Shown here: positions 27,530 to 36,919 of the stretch, piece by piece | Layout of the letters: every line of letters starts with the position of its first letter | Numbering within the stretch: position 1 is the first letter of the stretch | Assembly (NCBI GenBank): GCA_903839865.1 | Contig: CAIMEE010000596.1 | Location: forward strand, 8,493 to 72,492 | DNA: 64,000 nt | From: Enhydrobacter aerosaccus | Lineage (GTDB): Bacteria > Pseudomonadota > Alphaproteobacteria > Reyranellales > Reyranellaceae | Direction of reading: 5' to 3' | The notes under the pieces: model-generated | Seen by the model: the letters and a program-made list of their open reading frames with translations, nothing else | Database searches by the model: none | What the model was told of the DNA's origin: nothing | Made by a program: the position numbers and the translations under genes

Positions 27530-28493
27530 GCCACTCCTCAAGCTCGACGACCTCGCGGTGCACTTCCAGGTCGGCAGTGCGTTGGCGGGCGGCGTGAAGA
27601 CCTTGAAGGCGGTCGACGGCGTCACGCTCAACGTGAAGGCCGGCGAATGCCTGGGCCTGGTGGGCGAGTCGGGGTGCGGCAAGTCCACCCTGGCCCTCGC
27701 GATCATGGGCTTGGTCCCGCCAACGCGCGGCCGGCTCGCGCTCGAAGGCCACGACATCAAGACGGTCGACCGCATGGCAACGGCGCGCACGGTGCAGATG
27801 GTCTTCCAGGATCCCTACGCCTCGCTCAATCCGCGCCAGACCGTGCGCCGCACCCTGGCCGATCCGCTTCGGATCCATGGCGTCACCGACAAGGCCGAGA
27901 TCGAGAGTCGCGTCTCCGACATGATGGCCAAGGTCGGATTGCGTGCCGAGCAGGCCGACCGCTATCCGCACGAATTCTCGGGCGGCCAGCGCCAGAGGAT
28001 CGGCATCGCCCGCGCCCTGATCCTGAAACCCAGGCTCGTGATCTGCGACGAGCCGGTGTCGGCGCTCGACGTCTCGATCCGCGCCCAGATCATCAACCTG
28101 CTGCTCGACCTCAAGGACGAGATGGGTCTCTCGTACATCATGATCAGCCACGATCTCGGTGTGGTCGAGCATGTCTCCGACCGCGTGGCGGTGATGTACC
28201 TCGGCCGCATCGTCGAACAGGGAAGCTGGCAGGAGATCTTCGAGAATCCGCGCCATCCCTATACGCGCGCCCTGATCGCGGCGATCCCCGACCCGTTCCA
28301 TCGCGCCGCCGTCACCGCGAAAGCCAAGGCCAAGGGCGAGATCGCCAGCGCGCTGAACCCGCCGTCAGGCTGCCACTTCCATCCGCGCTGCCCGCTCAAG
28401 GCTGACCGCTGCGTCACCGAAGTGCCGCTGCTGAAAGCCGTCTCCGAAGGCCATGTTGCGGCCTGCCATTTTCGCGACTCGGTCCCTACATAA
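27522..28493 (+). CDS. Peptide ABC ATPase (DppF-like)
   Basis: GESGCGKST, FSGGQRQR, DEPVSALD, GCHFHPRC. Confidence 0.93.
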   Translation: MAEPLLKLDDLAVHFQVGSALAGGVKTLKAVDGVTLNVKAGECLGLVGESGCGKSTLALAIMGLVPPTRGRLALEGHDIKTVDRMATARTVQMVFQDPYASLNPRQTVRRTLADPLRIHGVTDKAEIESRVSDMMAKVGLRAEQADRYPHEFSGGQRQRIGIARALILKPRLVICDEPVSALDVSIRAQIINLLLDLKDEMGLSYIMISHDLGVVEHVSDRVAVMYLGRIVEQGSWQEIFENPRHPYTRALIAAIPDPFHRAAVTAKAKAKGEIASALNPPSGCHFHPRCPLKADRCVTEVPLLKAVSEGHVAACHFRDSVPT

Positions 28494-28498
28494 GGGCG

Positions 28499-29713
28499 AT
28501 GAACGCCGCCGAAATCGACCGTATCGCCGACTGGATCATCCGCCGCGGCCTCGATGGGATCGACGAGATCGGGCTGTTGCGCGAATTCTGCGACAAGTGC
28601 CGCGTCGCGGGACTGCCGGTCGCGCGCGGCCTGGCCTTCATCGATACGCTGCATCCGGTCTACGAGGGCCGCATCTTCCGCTGGCGTGACGACGGCGTGG
28701 AGGAAGAGCCGGTGCGCGAATATGGCCGCAGCGACCAGGGCGCCGCCGCCGAATCCTGGCAGGCCAGTCCGTTCTATCACCTGCTGCAGACCGGCGGAGA
28801 GGAGCTGCGGCGGCGCATCGGCTTTGGCGATCCGGCGGACTATCCGATCATCCAGGAGATCAAGGACGCCGGCCACACCGACTACATCCTGTTCGTCCAT
28901 CGCTTCGCCGGCAGCGGCACCATCGGCGAAATGGATGGCGTCTATTCCGCCTGGGCAACCCGCCACGAAGAGGGTTTCACCGACGCCAACATCGCCGCGT
29001 TGCGCCGGCTCATTCCGATGTTGGCGCTCGCCATCAAGAGCGGCGCCCTCGCCCGCATCGCCGGCACGCTGGTCGAGGTCTACCTCGGCCGGGACGCCGG
29101 ACGGCGCGTGCTCGATGGCCGCATCCAGCGCGGTGTCGCCGACCGTATCGACGCCGTCCTGTGGTTCTCCGACCTGCGCTCCTTCACGACCATCACCGAC
29201 ATGGCGGCACCGGACGAGATCATCCCGCTGCTGAACGATTACGCCGACGCCGTCATCACCTCCGTGCAGCAGGCCGGCGGCGACGTGCTGAAGCTGATCG
29301 GCGACGGCACGCTCGCCATCTTCCGCGCCGACGATCCGGCCAAGGCCTGTGCCAAGGCGCTGAAAGCCGAGGCCGAGATGCGCCGCCGGGTGCGCGAGCT
29401 GAACGATCGGCGCGACGGCGAGGGCCGGGCGACGACCGAGGTCTATGTCGGCCTGCACATCGGCGAGGTGTTGTTCGGCAATATCGGCTCAGTCGACCGG
29501 CTCGACTTCACGGTCGTGGGACCCGCGGTCAACGAAGCGAGCCGCATCGCCTCGCTGTGCCGTTCGGTCGACCGGCCGGTGCTGGTTTCTTCGGCGTTCG
29601 CGGAGGCGCTGCCTGCCTACAAGCGCCGGGACCTCGTCTCGGTCGGGCGATTCGCTCTGCGAGGGGTCGGCAAGGCGCAGGACCTCTACACGATCGATCC
29701 GACTCTTATTTAG
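28499..29713 (+). CDS. Class III adenylate/guanylate cyclase
   Basis: FSDLRSFT, KLIGDG, DFTVVGPAVNEASR catalytic motifs; soluble N-terminal domain. Confidence 0.9.
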   Translation: MNAAEIDRIADWIIRRGLDGIDEIGLLREFCDKCRVAGLPVARGLAFIDTLHPVYEGRIFRWRDDGVEEEPVREYGRSDQGAAAESWQASPFYHLLQTGGEELRRRIGFGDPADYPIIQEIKDAGHTDYILFVHRFAGSGTIGEMDGVYSAWATRHEEGFTDANIAALRRLIPMLALAIKSGALARIAGTLVEVYLGRDAGRRVLDGRIQRGVADRIDAVLWFSDLRSFTTITDMAAPDEIIPLLNDYADAVITSVQQAGGDVLKLIGDGTLAIFRADDPAKACAKALKAEAEMRRRVRELNDRRDGEGRATTEVYVGLHIGEVLFGNIGSVDRLDFTVVGPAVNEASRIASLCRSVDRPVLVSSAFAEALPAYKRRDLVSVGRFALRGVGKAQDLYTIDPTLI

Positions 29714-29787
29714 GCAGATTTAGTGCCCTGCCAGAGTCACAGCACTGCTTTTAGGGGCTGTGGATCGATTTGCCCACAATCTGTGCA

Positions 29788-30642
29788 TTATTTCTTGGCC
29801 GGTCCTGCCCAGGCATCGAGCACGTCCCACTTGGCCTTGCGCTGCTCCTCGGCCGGCGCCTTGTAGTTGAAGCCAAAGGGCGCAGCGTCGAACGAACCGT
29901 AGGTCGGGTTGGCGATCACCAGCCATTCCCGGCCCCAGCGCTCCTTGTTCTCCTCGAAGAACTTCAGCCGGTCGGCCTCGCTCGAACTGTAGCGATCGTC
30001 GAAGTCGCCGAAGTTGTCGCCGAACTCGAGCAGGATCCGGTAGTCCTTCACGAGCACCGCGCGGCGCGTGCCCTTCTTGCTGCCCCACTCGGGCTTCTCG
30101 TTTTGCATCAGGAAGGTGTCGACGTTTCCCCCCATCGCGAAGCCGAGCTTCTCCATGTTCTCACGCGTGGCCGGTTCGACCTCGGCGGCGCGGTTGGAAA
30201 TATAGAAGACCTTAACGCCCTTGGACTCGGCGTACTTGGTGAACTCGGCCGCGCCCGGCACAGGACGCGAGACCTTGGCGTTGCAGAACTCATTCCATGT
30301 CGGAAGGCTGAAGACGGTGCCCGCCTTCATGGTCCAGACCTGGTAGAGCGAGTTGTCGAGCGCTGTCTCGTCGATATCGAGCACGACGGCCGGCGGAAGA
30401 TTGCCGAAGTCGCCCTTCTGCTCGACGGGTGCCGCGGTCCAGGTCTTGTCGGCCAGCGCCTGATCGAGGCGAAGACGCGCCAAGGCGAAGACCGTGAGCG
30501 CGTTGCCCTTGAATTCGACGGAGCGCTGGGTCCACAGACTGGCCTCGAGCAGGTCGTGCGGCACGGGCGTTTGCGCCTGAGCGGCGCCCATCACCATCAT
30601 CGCAACGGCCGCGCCCAGCGCTACGATCCTGTTCACCTTCAT
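29788..30642 (-). CDS. Class C acid phosphatase / 5'-nucleotidase, e(P4) family
   Basis: HAD motifs VLDIDETALDN and FGDNFGDF, NPTYG; Sec signal peptide. Confidence 0.9.
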   Translation of the reverse strand: MKVNRIVALGAAVAMMVMGAAQAQTPVPHDLLEASLWTQRSVEFKGNALTVFALARLRLDQALADKTWTAAPVEQKGDFGNLPPAVVLDIDETALDNSLYQVWTMKAGTVFSLPTWNEFCNAKVSRPVPGAAEFTKYAESKGVKVFYISNRAAEVEPATRENMEKLGFAMGGNVDTFLMQNEKPEWGSKKGTRRAVLVKDYRILLEFGDNFGDFDDRYSSSEADRLKFFEENKERWGREWLVIANPTYGSFDAAPFGFNYKAPAEEQRKAKWDVLDAWAGPAKK

Positions 30643-31598
30643 GATCCGAGCCCCTTCAGCAACCTGGCCTTCGTCGTGGAATCCGCGAACGACGCTCCGA
30701 TGGCGGTGCGTGTGATGCGGCGCAGCGCCTCGTCTCCCAATCCCGCCAGATCGTATTCTGCCCCCAGGGTGGTGTGAAAGAATGGCGGGTCGTCGGAGTT
30801 GAGCGTGACGCGGACACCGGCCTCGATCAACCGGTGCAGCGGATGAGCGGCGCGGTCGGGATAGATGCCGAGGGCGATGTTGCTGCCGGGGCAGACCTCC
30901 AGCACCGTCCCGCGGCGGGCAAGCTCATCGAGCAGCTTCGGGTCCTCCGACGAGCGCACGCCATGGCCGATGCGGGTCACCGGCAGGTCGTTCAGTGACG
31001 CCCAGACGCTCTCGGGGCCCACCACCTCGCCGGCATGGACGGTGCAGCCATAACCCTTGTCGTGCATCAGCCGGTACGCCGGCGCGAAATCGGCCGGTGT
31101 GAACTTGGCCTCGTCGCCGCCCATGCCGAAACCCACGACGTAGGGATGCGGATCGGCCACGACCGTCTTTGCCAGGCTGAGCGCGCGGTCGGGCCCGAGA
31201 TGACGGATGCAGATCGCGATGATCCGGCCCACGATGCCGAAGTCGCGTTCGGCCCGGTCGATGCCGTCGACCAGCGCCTCCAGCCAGGCGGTGTACGGCA
31301 TGGCCAGCATCCGCGGGCGCTCGGGCGAGCAGAACATCTCGACGTAGACAGCGCCCTGCGCCGCCACGCCCTCGAGATAGGAATAGATCACATCGCTGAA
31401 GTCGCGCGGCGTGCGCAACGCCGTGCAGACGCGATCGTAGGCTGCGAGGAAGCCCAGAAAATCCCGCCATTCGTACGTGCCGTCGGCGCGCATCAGCCCT
31501 TCGGGCAGGGCCAGTCCATTCCGTTCGGCGAGCATCATCGCCAGCGTCGGCTTGATCGAGCCTTCGAGATGGCAGTGCAGTTCGGCCTTGGCGATCAC
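30639..31598 (-). CDS. add: Adenosine deaminase
   Basis: KAELHCHLEG, HAGE, RIGHG, NSDDP. Confidence 0.92.
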   Translation of the reverse strand: MIAKAELHCHLEGSIKPTLAMMLAERNGLALPEGLMRADGTYEWRDFLGFLAAYDRVCTALRTPRDFSDVIYSYLEGVAAQGAVYVEMFCSPERPRMLAMPYTAWLEALVDGIDRAERDFGIVGRIIAICIRHLGPDRALSLAKTVVADPHPYVVGFGMGGDEAKFTPADFAPAYRLMHDKGYGCTVHAGEVVGPESVWASLNDLPVTRIGHGVRSSEDPKLLDELARRGTVLEVCPGSNIALGIYPDRAAHPLHRLIEAGVRVTLNSDDPPFFHTTLGAEYDLAGLGDEALRRITRTAIGASFADSTTKARLLKGLGS

Positions 31599-32408
31599 TC
31601 AGAACCCTCGCAATGGCAGTCCCGGCCGTTGCAGCCAGTTGTCCGCCGAATATTCCGCATTTCCGTCGAACATGTGCAAGGCGTAGGCCTGCCGGGGCCG
31701 GCTCGACCGGTTGGGCGCGCTGGCGTGCGGCAGCAGACCGTGCAGCACGATCAGCGTGCCGCGTCGTGCTTCCAGGGCAACAGGCTCCGTCTCGGGCCAG
31801 GGCGTGCGATCGAGCGTCGAGGTCTCCAACTCACCGTCCCGTCCATGGAAGCGCTCGCGCAACGGCCCGAGATGCGCCCCGCGCAACGCCATCAGGCAGC
31901 CATTGTCGCGATCGGCATCGTCCAGGGCGATCCAGAAGCCGGTCACCGTCACGGGCGTGGTGTGCAGGTAGGTGGCGTCCTGGTGCCAGCCGACCTCGCC
32001 GCCGATGTGCGGCTGCTTGAAGAGGTACATCGACTGCAGGAGCAGCGGCCGTGCGAAGCCCAGTGCCCGCGCGAGGTCCGCGATCCTGGGCTGGCGCGAG
32101 ATCCGATCGAACACCGGATCGAGGTCGTGCAGGGCATGCCCGATCTTGTTCAGCGCGCGCGCGGCGGGTTGGTCGGTCGCTGCCTCCTCGAAGAAGAAGC
32201 GGATGGCGCCGCCCGACTCCCGAAAGTAGCGCGCCCTTGCATGGCTCTGGTCGTGGGGGGAGAAGACCGTGCGTACCGGGCCAGGATCGAAATCCGCGAC
32301 CAGTGCGGCGGCGCGCGCCTGCAGGGCATCGCAGTCGGAGACCGGCAGAAAATCCGGCAGCACCAGGAAGCCATCGCGGGCATAGGCATCGAGATCGGGC
32401 GTGCTCAT
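31599..32408 (-). CDS. PhyH family Fe(II)/2-oxoglutarate dioxygenase, PHYHD1-like
   Basis: NKIGHALHDLDPVF, QSMYLFKQPHIGGEVGWHQD, WIALDDA..NGCL, HASAPNRS...R. Confidence 0.9.
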   Translation of the reverse strand: MSTPDLDAYARDGFLVLPDFLPVSDCDALQARAAALVADFDPGPVRTVFSPHDQSHARARYFRESGGAIRFFFEEAATDQPAARALNKIGHALHDLDPVFDRISRQPRIADLARALGFARPLLLQSMYLFKQPHIGGEVGWHQDATYLHTTPVTVTGFWIALDDADRDNGCLMALRGAHLGPLRERFHGRDGELETSTLDRTPWPETEPVALEARRGTLIVLHGLLPHASAPNRSSRPRQAYALHMFDGNAEYSADNWLQRPGLPLRGF

Positions 32409-33727
32409 CAGGCAATCCGGCCGATTACGACCGGGGCCGCGGAAGGCGCCAGATCGCCGATGCGAATGGCCTGGCGCACCATCGCGATGGCTGCATCCGC
32501 ATCGTCCTCACTCGCCGCATGCACGACGCAAAGCGGACTGCCGGCGCGCACGTGCGTGCCGATCGCGATCATCTCGGTGAGGCCGACCGACGGATCGACC
32601 GCATCGTCGACATGACTGCGGCCGCCACCCAGCTCGACCACGGCGATGCCAACCTGGCGCGCATTCATGCCGACGACATGGCCCGACTGCTCGGCAGTGC
32701 AAGTCTTGATCACGGGCGCGCGGGAAAGGTAGCGGCTCGAGTGCTCGAGAAAATCGTCGGGGCCGCCCAGCGCCGAGACCATACGGGCGAATTTCTCCGC
32801 CGCACGGCCATCGTCCAGGGCCGCCTCGGCCCGCGCGCGGCCGGCCGCGACGCTGGGCGCGAGCTTGCCCAACGCCAGCATCTCGCCCGCCAAGGCGATG
32901 ACGACTTCGTGCAGGCGCGGATCGCGCGTGCCCTCGCCTTTCAGGTAGGCGACGGTCTCCACGACCTCGAGCGCGTTGCCGACGTCGCGGCCGAGCACCG
33001 AGTTCATGTCGGTGATCAGCGCCGTCGTCGGCAGCCCCGCCTGGTTGGCGACGGTGACGAGGCTTTGCGCGAGATCGCGCGCCATCGCCTCGGTATCGCA
33101 AAAGGCGCCGCTGCCGCACTTCACGTCCATCACCAGGCCCTGAAGGCCGGCCGCGACTTTCTTGGACAGAATCGAGCTCACGATCAGGGGGATCGACTCG
33201 ACGGTAGCCGTGACGTCGCGCACGCCGTAGAGCCGCCGGTCGGCGGGCGCCAGATTCTCGGTCTGGCCGATGATCGCGCAGCCCACGTCGCGCACGACAG
33301 CGCGGAAGGTCGCGACATCCGGCTGCGTCTCATAGCCCGAGATCGCCGACAATTTGTCGAGCGTGCCGCCGGTATGGCCGAGGCCGCGGCCAGAGATCAT
33401 CGGCACGAAACCGCCGCAGGCCGCCACGATCGGCGCCAGCATCAGGCTCACCTTGTCGCCGACGCCGCCGCTCGAATGCTTGTCGATCACCGGGCCCGGC
33501 AGACCGAGATCGCTCCAGTCGAGCGTGACGCCGGAGTTCACGAGTCCCAGCGTCATGGCCACCCGCTCGGCCGTGGTCATGCCCTGGAAGAAGACGGCCA
33601 TGGCGAAGGCCGCAACCTGGCCCTCGCTCAGGCTGTTGTCGCTGATGCGGTGCGCGATGAAGGAGATCTCGTCGGCCGACAACTCGCCGCCGTCGCGCTT
33701 CTTGCGGATGATTTCCTGCGGCAGCAT
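32408..33727 (-). CDS. deoA: Thymidine phosphorylase
   Basis: MLPQEIIRKKRDG, DKHSSGGVGD, SGRGLGHTGGTLDK, SILSKK. Confidence 0.95.
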   Translation of the reverse strand: MLPQEIIRKKRDGGELSADEISFIAHRISDNSLSEGQVAAFAMAVFFQGMTTAERVAMTLGLVNSGVTLDWSDLGLPGPVIDKHSSGGVGDKVSLMLAPIVAACGGFVPMISGRGLGHTGGTLDKLSAISGYETQPDVATFRAVVRDVGCAIIGQTENLAPADRRLYGVRDVTATVESIPLIVSSILSKKVAAGLQGLVMDVKCGSGAFCDTEAMARDLAQSLVTVANQAGLPTTALITDMNSVLGRDVGNALEVVETVAYLKGEGTRDPRLHEVVIALAGEMLALGKLAPSVAAGRARAEAALDDGRAAEKFARMVSALGGPDDFLEHSSRYLSRAPVIKTCTAEQSGHVVGMNARQVGIAVVELGGGRSHVDDAVDPSVGLTEMIAIGTHVRAGSPLCVVHAASEDDADAAIAMVRQAIRIGDLAPSAAPVVIGRIA

Positions 33728-33730
33728 GGG

Positions 33731-34513
33731 TCAGTAACGCTCGACGAAGGCGCGCAGCACCCGGCACACCTTTCCCGACGCCTCGCGGGCGACGGCAAGC
33801 GTCTGCTCGTGGCCGAGCGTATCGCCGCCCAGTCCCGCGGCGTAGTTTGTCATCAGCGACAGGCCCACCACTTTCATGCCGGCGTGACGCGCAAGGATGG
33901 TCTCCGGCGCAGTCGACATGCCGACAGCATCGGCCCCCAGCACGCGCGCCGCGCGGATCTCGGCCGGCGTCTCGAAGCTCGGGCCGCTGAACCAGATGTA
34001 CACGCCTTGATGGCAGAGCACGTCCTCGTCCTTGGCGACGGCCAGCAGCTTCTTCAGGAGTTCAGGATCGTACGCACCGATCATATCGACGAAGCGGCCG
34101 CGAACCGTGCCGAACAGCGGGTTCACGCCGGTGAAGTTGATATGGTCGGAGATCGCCATCAGCGAGCCCGGCGGCATGTCCATGCGCAGGCTGCCGGCGG
34201 CATTGGTCTGGAACAGCGTCTCGCAGCCCAGTTCGGCCATCGCGCGGATAGCACCGGCCATGACGTCCGCCTTGCCATTCTCGTAGTAGTGGCCGCGGCC
34301 CTGCAGCACGGCGACAGGGGTCGGCCCGACGTGACCGAGCACCAGTTTGCCCGCGTGGCTCTCGACGCTCGTCTTGGGGAACCCCGGCAGCGCGGCATAG
34401 GGAATGGTCGCGACCGGCTTCACGTCGGCCGCGAAGTCGCCCAGGCCCGAGCCCAGCACGAGCGCGACCTTCGGCTTGAATCCGGTCGCGCGCTCGGTGA
34501 TCGCGTCGATCAT
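33731..34513 (-). CDS. Purine-nucleoside phosphorylase (trimeric PunA/XapA type)
   Basis: LGSGLG, GRGHYYE, GPSFETPAE, VGMST. Confidence 0.93.
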   Translation of the reverse strand: MIDAITERATGFKPKVALVLGSGLGDFAADVKPVATIPYAALPGFPKTSVESHAGKLVLGHVGPTPVAVLQGRGHYYENGKADVMAGAIRAMAELGCETLFQTNAAGSLRMDMPPGSLMAISDHINFTGVNPLFGTVRGRFVDMIGAYDPELLKKLLAVAKDEDVLCHQGVYIWFSGPSFETPAEIRAARVLGADAVGMSTAPETILARHAGMKVVGLSLMTNYAAGLGGDTLGHEQTLAVAREASGKVCRVLRAFVERY

Positions 34514-34920
34514 GATTTGGCGGCGTGGCTCGGGCCGAACGACATCGGGAGCAACTGGCCCAAAGTCATGGTGCGATGAAGACCGTCGGGGCCGCAGAGA
34601 TGGATCTTGAGATCATCCGACGCGAACTCGCGCAGCTTCTGGCGGCATCCTCCGCACGGTGTGATCACTTCCGGCCCCGGGCCCGCCACCGCGCATTCGA
34701 GCACGCTCTTGCCCCCCGCACCGACCAGCGCGGCGATCGCCGCCGCCTCGGCGCACATTCCCTCAGGGAAGGCCGCGTTCTCGACGTTGCAGCCGCCATG
34801 GATCGCGCCCGACTCGTCGCGCACCGCCGCGCCGACATGGAATTTCGAATAAGGCGCATGGGCACGCGTCATCATCTTCTGCGCGAGGCTTATGAGATCG
34901 TCCAGCTCGGGATGAGACAT
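34510..34920 (-). CDS. cdd: Cytidine deaminase
   Basis: APYSKFHVGAA, GCNVEN, CAE, PCGGCRQ; start MSHPELD at 34920. Confidence 0.93.
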   Translation of the reverse strand: MSHPELDDLISLAQKMMTRAHAPYSKFHVGAAVRDESGAIHGGCNVENAAFPEGMCAEAAAIAALVGAGGKSVLECAVAGPGPEVITPCGGCRQKLREFASDDLKIHLCGPDGLHRTMTLGQLLPMSFGPSHAAKS

Positions 34921-35840
34921 CAATGCTCTTTCGTGTAGGGCACGCCGATCGCCCTGGGGGCGACCGCGCGGCCGATGAAGCCTGCCAGCAGGAACATGGT
35001 GAGAAGATACGGCAAGGCCTGGAACAATTGCACCGGCACTTCGCCGATCCCCGGCACCTTGAGCCCTTGCAGGCGAATGGCGACGGCATCGAGCAGCCCG
35101 AACATCAGGCAGGCCCCGAAGGCCGAAAACGGCCGCCACTTGCCGAAGATCAGGGCGGCCAGCGCGATAAAGCCCTGCCCCGCCGTCATGTCACGCGTGA
35201 AGCCCGCATTCTGGGCGATCGCGATATAAGACCCGGCGAGTCCGGCGAACAGCCCGCACAGCAGCACCGCCCGATAACGCAGCCCTGCGACCGAGATGCC
35301 CGCGGCATCGACCGCGAGCGGCATCTCGCCCACGGCACGCAGGCGCAGGCCAAAGCGCGTGCGCCCGACCAGCCACCAGGTAATGGGTACCGACAACAGG
35401 GCGACATACACGAGGATGCTGTCGCCCGCGTTCGGAAAGACGAGCGGCATCAAGCGCTCTTTCGCCGTGAGCGCCGGCGTGAGACCGCCCTGCTTGAACC
35501 ACGCGTTGCCCAGCACGACCGTAAGGCCCGCCGCCAGGATGTTGAGTGCCACGCCGCTCACGACCTGGTTGCCGCGATGGGTAATGCAGGCAAAGCCATG
35601 CAGCAGCGCCAGCACTTCCGCCGCGATCACGCCAGCGCCAACACCGGCCCAGGGCGAGCCTGTCACCGACGCAGTGGCGGCAGCGAAGAAGGCTGCCATC
35701 AACATCTTGCCCTCGAGGCCGACGTCGATGATGCCGCTCTTCTCCGAGAACAAGCCGCCCATGGCGCATAGAATGAGCGGCGTCGCCACGCGCAAGGTCG
35801 CCGCCGACATAAGGAAGACGATCGACAGGGCCTCGTCCAT
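34920..35840 (-). CDS. Nucleoside ABC permease
   Basis: SEKSGIIDVGLEG, GLRLRAVGE, GFIALAALIFGKW; start MDEALS at 35840. Confidence 0.92.
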   Translation of the reverse strand: MDEALSIVFLMSAATLRVATPLILCAMGGLFSEKSGIIDVGLEGKMLMAAFFAAATASVTGSPWAGVGAGVIAAEVLALLHGFACITHRGNQVVSGVALNILAAGLTVVLGNAWFKQGGLTPALTAKERLMPLVFPNAGDSILVYVALLSVPITWWLVGRTRFGLRLRAVGEMPLAVDAAGISVAGLRYRAVLLCGLFAGLAGSYIAIAQNAGFTRDMTAGQGFIALAALIFGKWRPFSAFGACLMFGLLDAVAIRLQGLKVPGIGEVPVQLFQALPYLLTMFLLAGFIGRAVAPRAIGVPYTKEH

Positions 35841-36919
35841 CACGCCCGCCGCGACAGGAGTGCCTGCAACCAGGGCCGCGGCAGATGCTCCAGTGCGCCC
35901 GAGAACAGGATCACCAGCCCCTGGATCACCACCACCATCTCGCGGTTGATCCCGGGAAGATCGAACGCGAGCTCCGCGCCGCCCTGCTGTAACGCGCCGA
36001 ACAGCAGCGCCGCCAGCACCACACCGAGCGGATGATTGCGCCCCATCAGCGCGACGGCGATGCCCGCAAAGCCGTAGCCCGCCTGGAAGTCGAGCAGCAC
36101 ACGATGCTGCACACCCAGCAGTTCGTTGACGGCAACAAGCCCGGCCAAGGCACCTGAGAGGCACATGGCAAGCATTGTCATGCGCTTCAGGTTGATGCCG
36201 GCGTAGATCGCAGCGGATGGATTGTGGCCCATCGTGCGCAGCGCATAGCCCCACGAGGTGTGCCACAGGAACACCCAGACGCCGACGCAGCAGGCAAGTG
36301 CGAGCGCGATCGAGAGATTGAGCGTCGAGCCCATCAGCACCGGCAGGGCGGCGGCCGGCGCGAAGGTGCGGCTCTGCGGCGTCATCGACCCGGGCGCGAT
36401 CAGCACGTTGACCAGCAGGTAGACCATCAGCGCCGAGGCCACGAAGTTGAACATGATCGTGGTGATGACGATGTGGCTGCCGTGCCACGCCTGCAGCCAT
36501 GCCGGGACCGCGGCCCAGGCGGCGCCGAACAGTGCGGCGGCGATGATCGCCACCGGAATCAGCAGCCACGCCGGCAGGAATCGGTCGAACGCCAGAATCG
36601 CCAGGCCGCAACCCAGACCGCCAATGTAGGCCTGGCCTTCGCCGCCGATGTTGAACAGGCCGGCATGGAAGGCGACCGAGACAGCCAGGCCCGTGAAGAT
36701 GAAGTTGGTCGCGTAGTAGAGCGTGTAGGCGATCGCATCGGACGATCCAACCGCACCCGTCACCAGCAGGGCAAGTGCCTGGAACGGATTGACGCCGATG
36801 ATGGCAACGATGACACCGACCACGATATAGGCCAGCAGGATGTTGACCAGCGGCAGCAGAACGATGTCGGCCCATTTCGGCAAGGCATGGGCCGGCAACG
36901 AACGGCGCGACGCGCTCAT
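35840..36919 (-). CDS. Nucleoside ABC permease
   Basis: GLFNIGGEGQ, ITTIMFNF, GIAVALMGRNHP. Confidence 0.92.
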   Translation of the reverse strand: MSASRRSLPAHALPKWADIVLLPLVNILLAYIVVGVIVAIIGVNPFQALALLVTGAVGSSDAIAYTLYYATNFIFTGLAVSVAFHAGLFNIGGEGQAYIGGLGCGLAILAFDRFLPAWLLIPVAIIAAALFGAAWAAVPAWLQAWHGSHIVITTIMFNFVASALMVYLLVNVLIAPGSMTPQSRTFAPAAALPVLMGSTLNLSIALALACCVGVWVFLWHTSWGYALRTMGHNPSAAIYAGINLKRMTMLAMCLSGALAGLVAVNELLGVQHRVLLDFQAGYGFAGIAVALMGRNHPLGVVLAALLFGALQQGGAELAFDLPGINREMVVVIQGLVILFSGALEHLPRPWLQALLSRRA

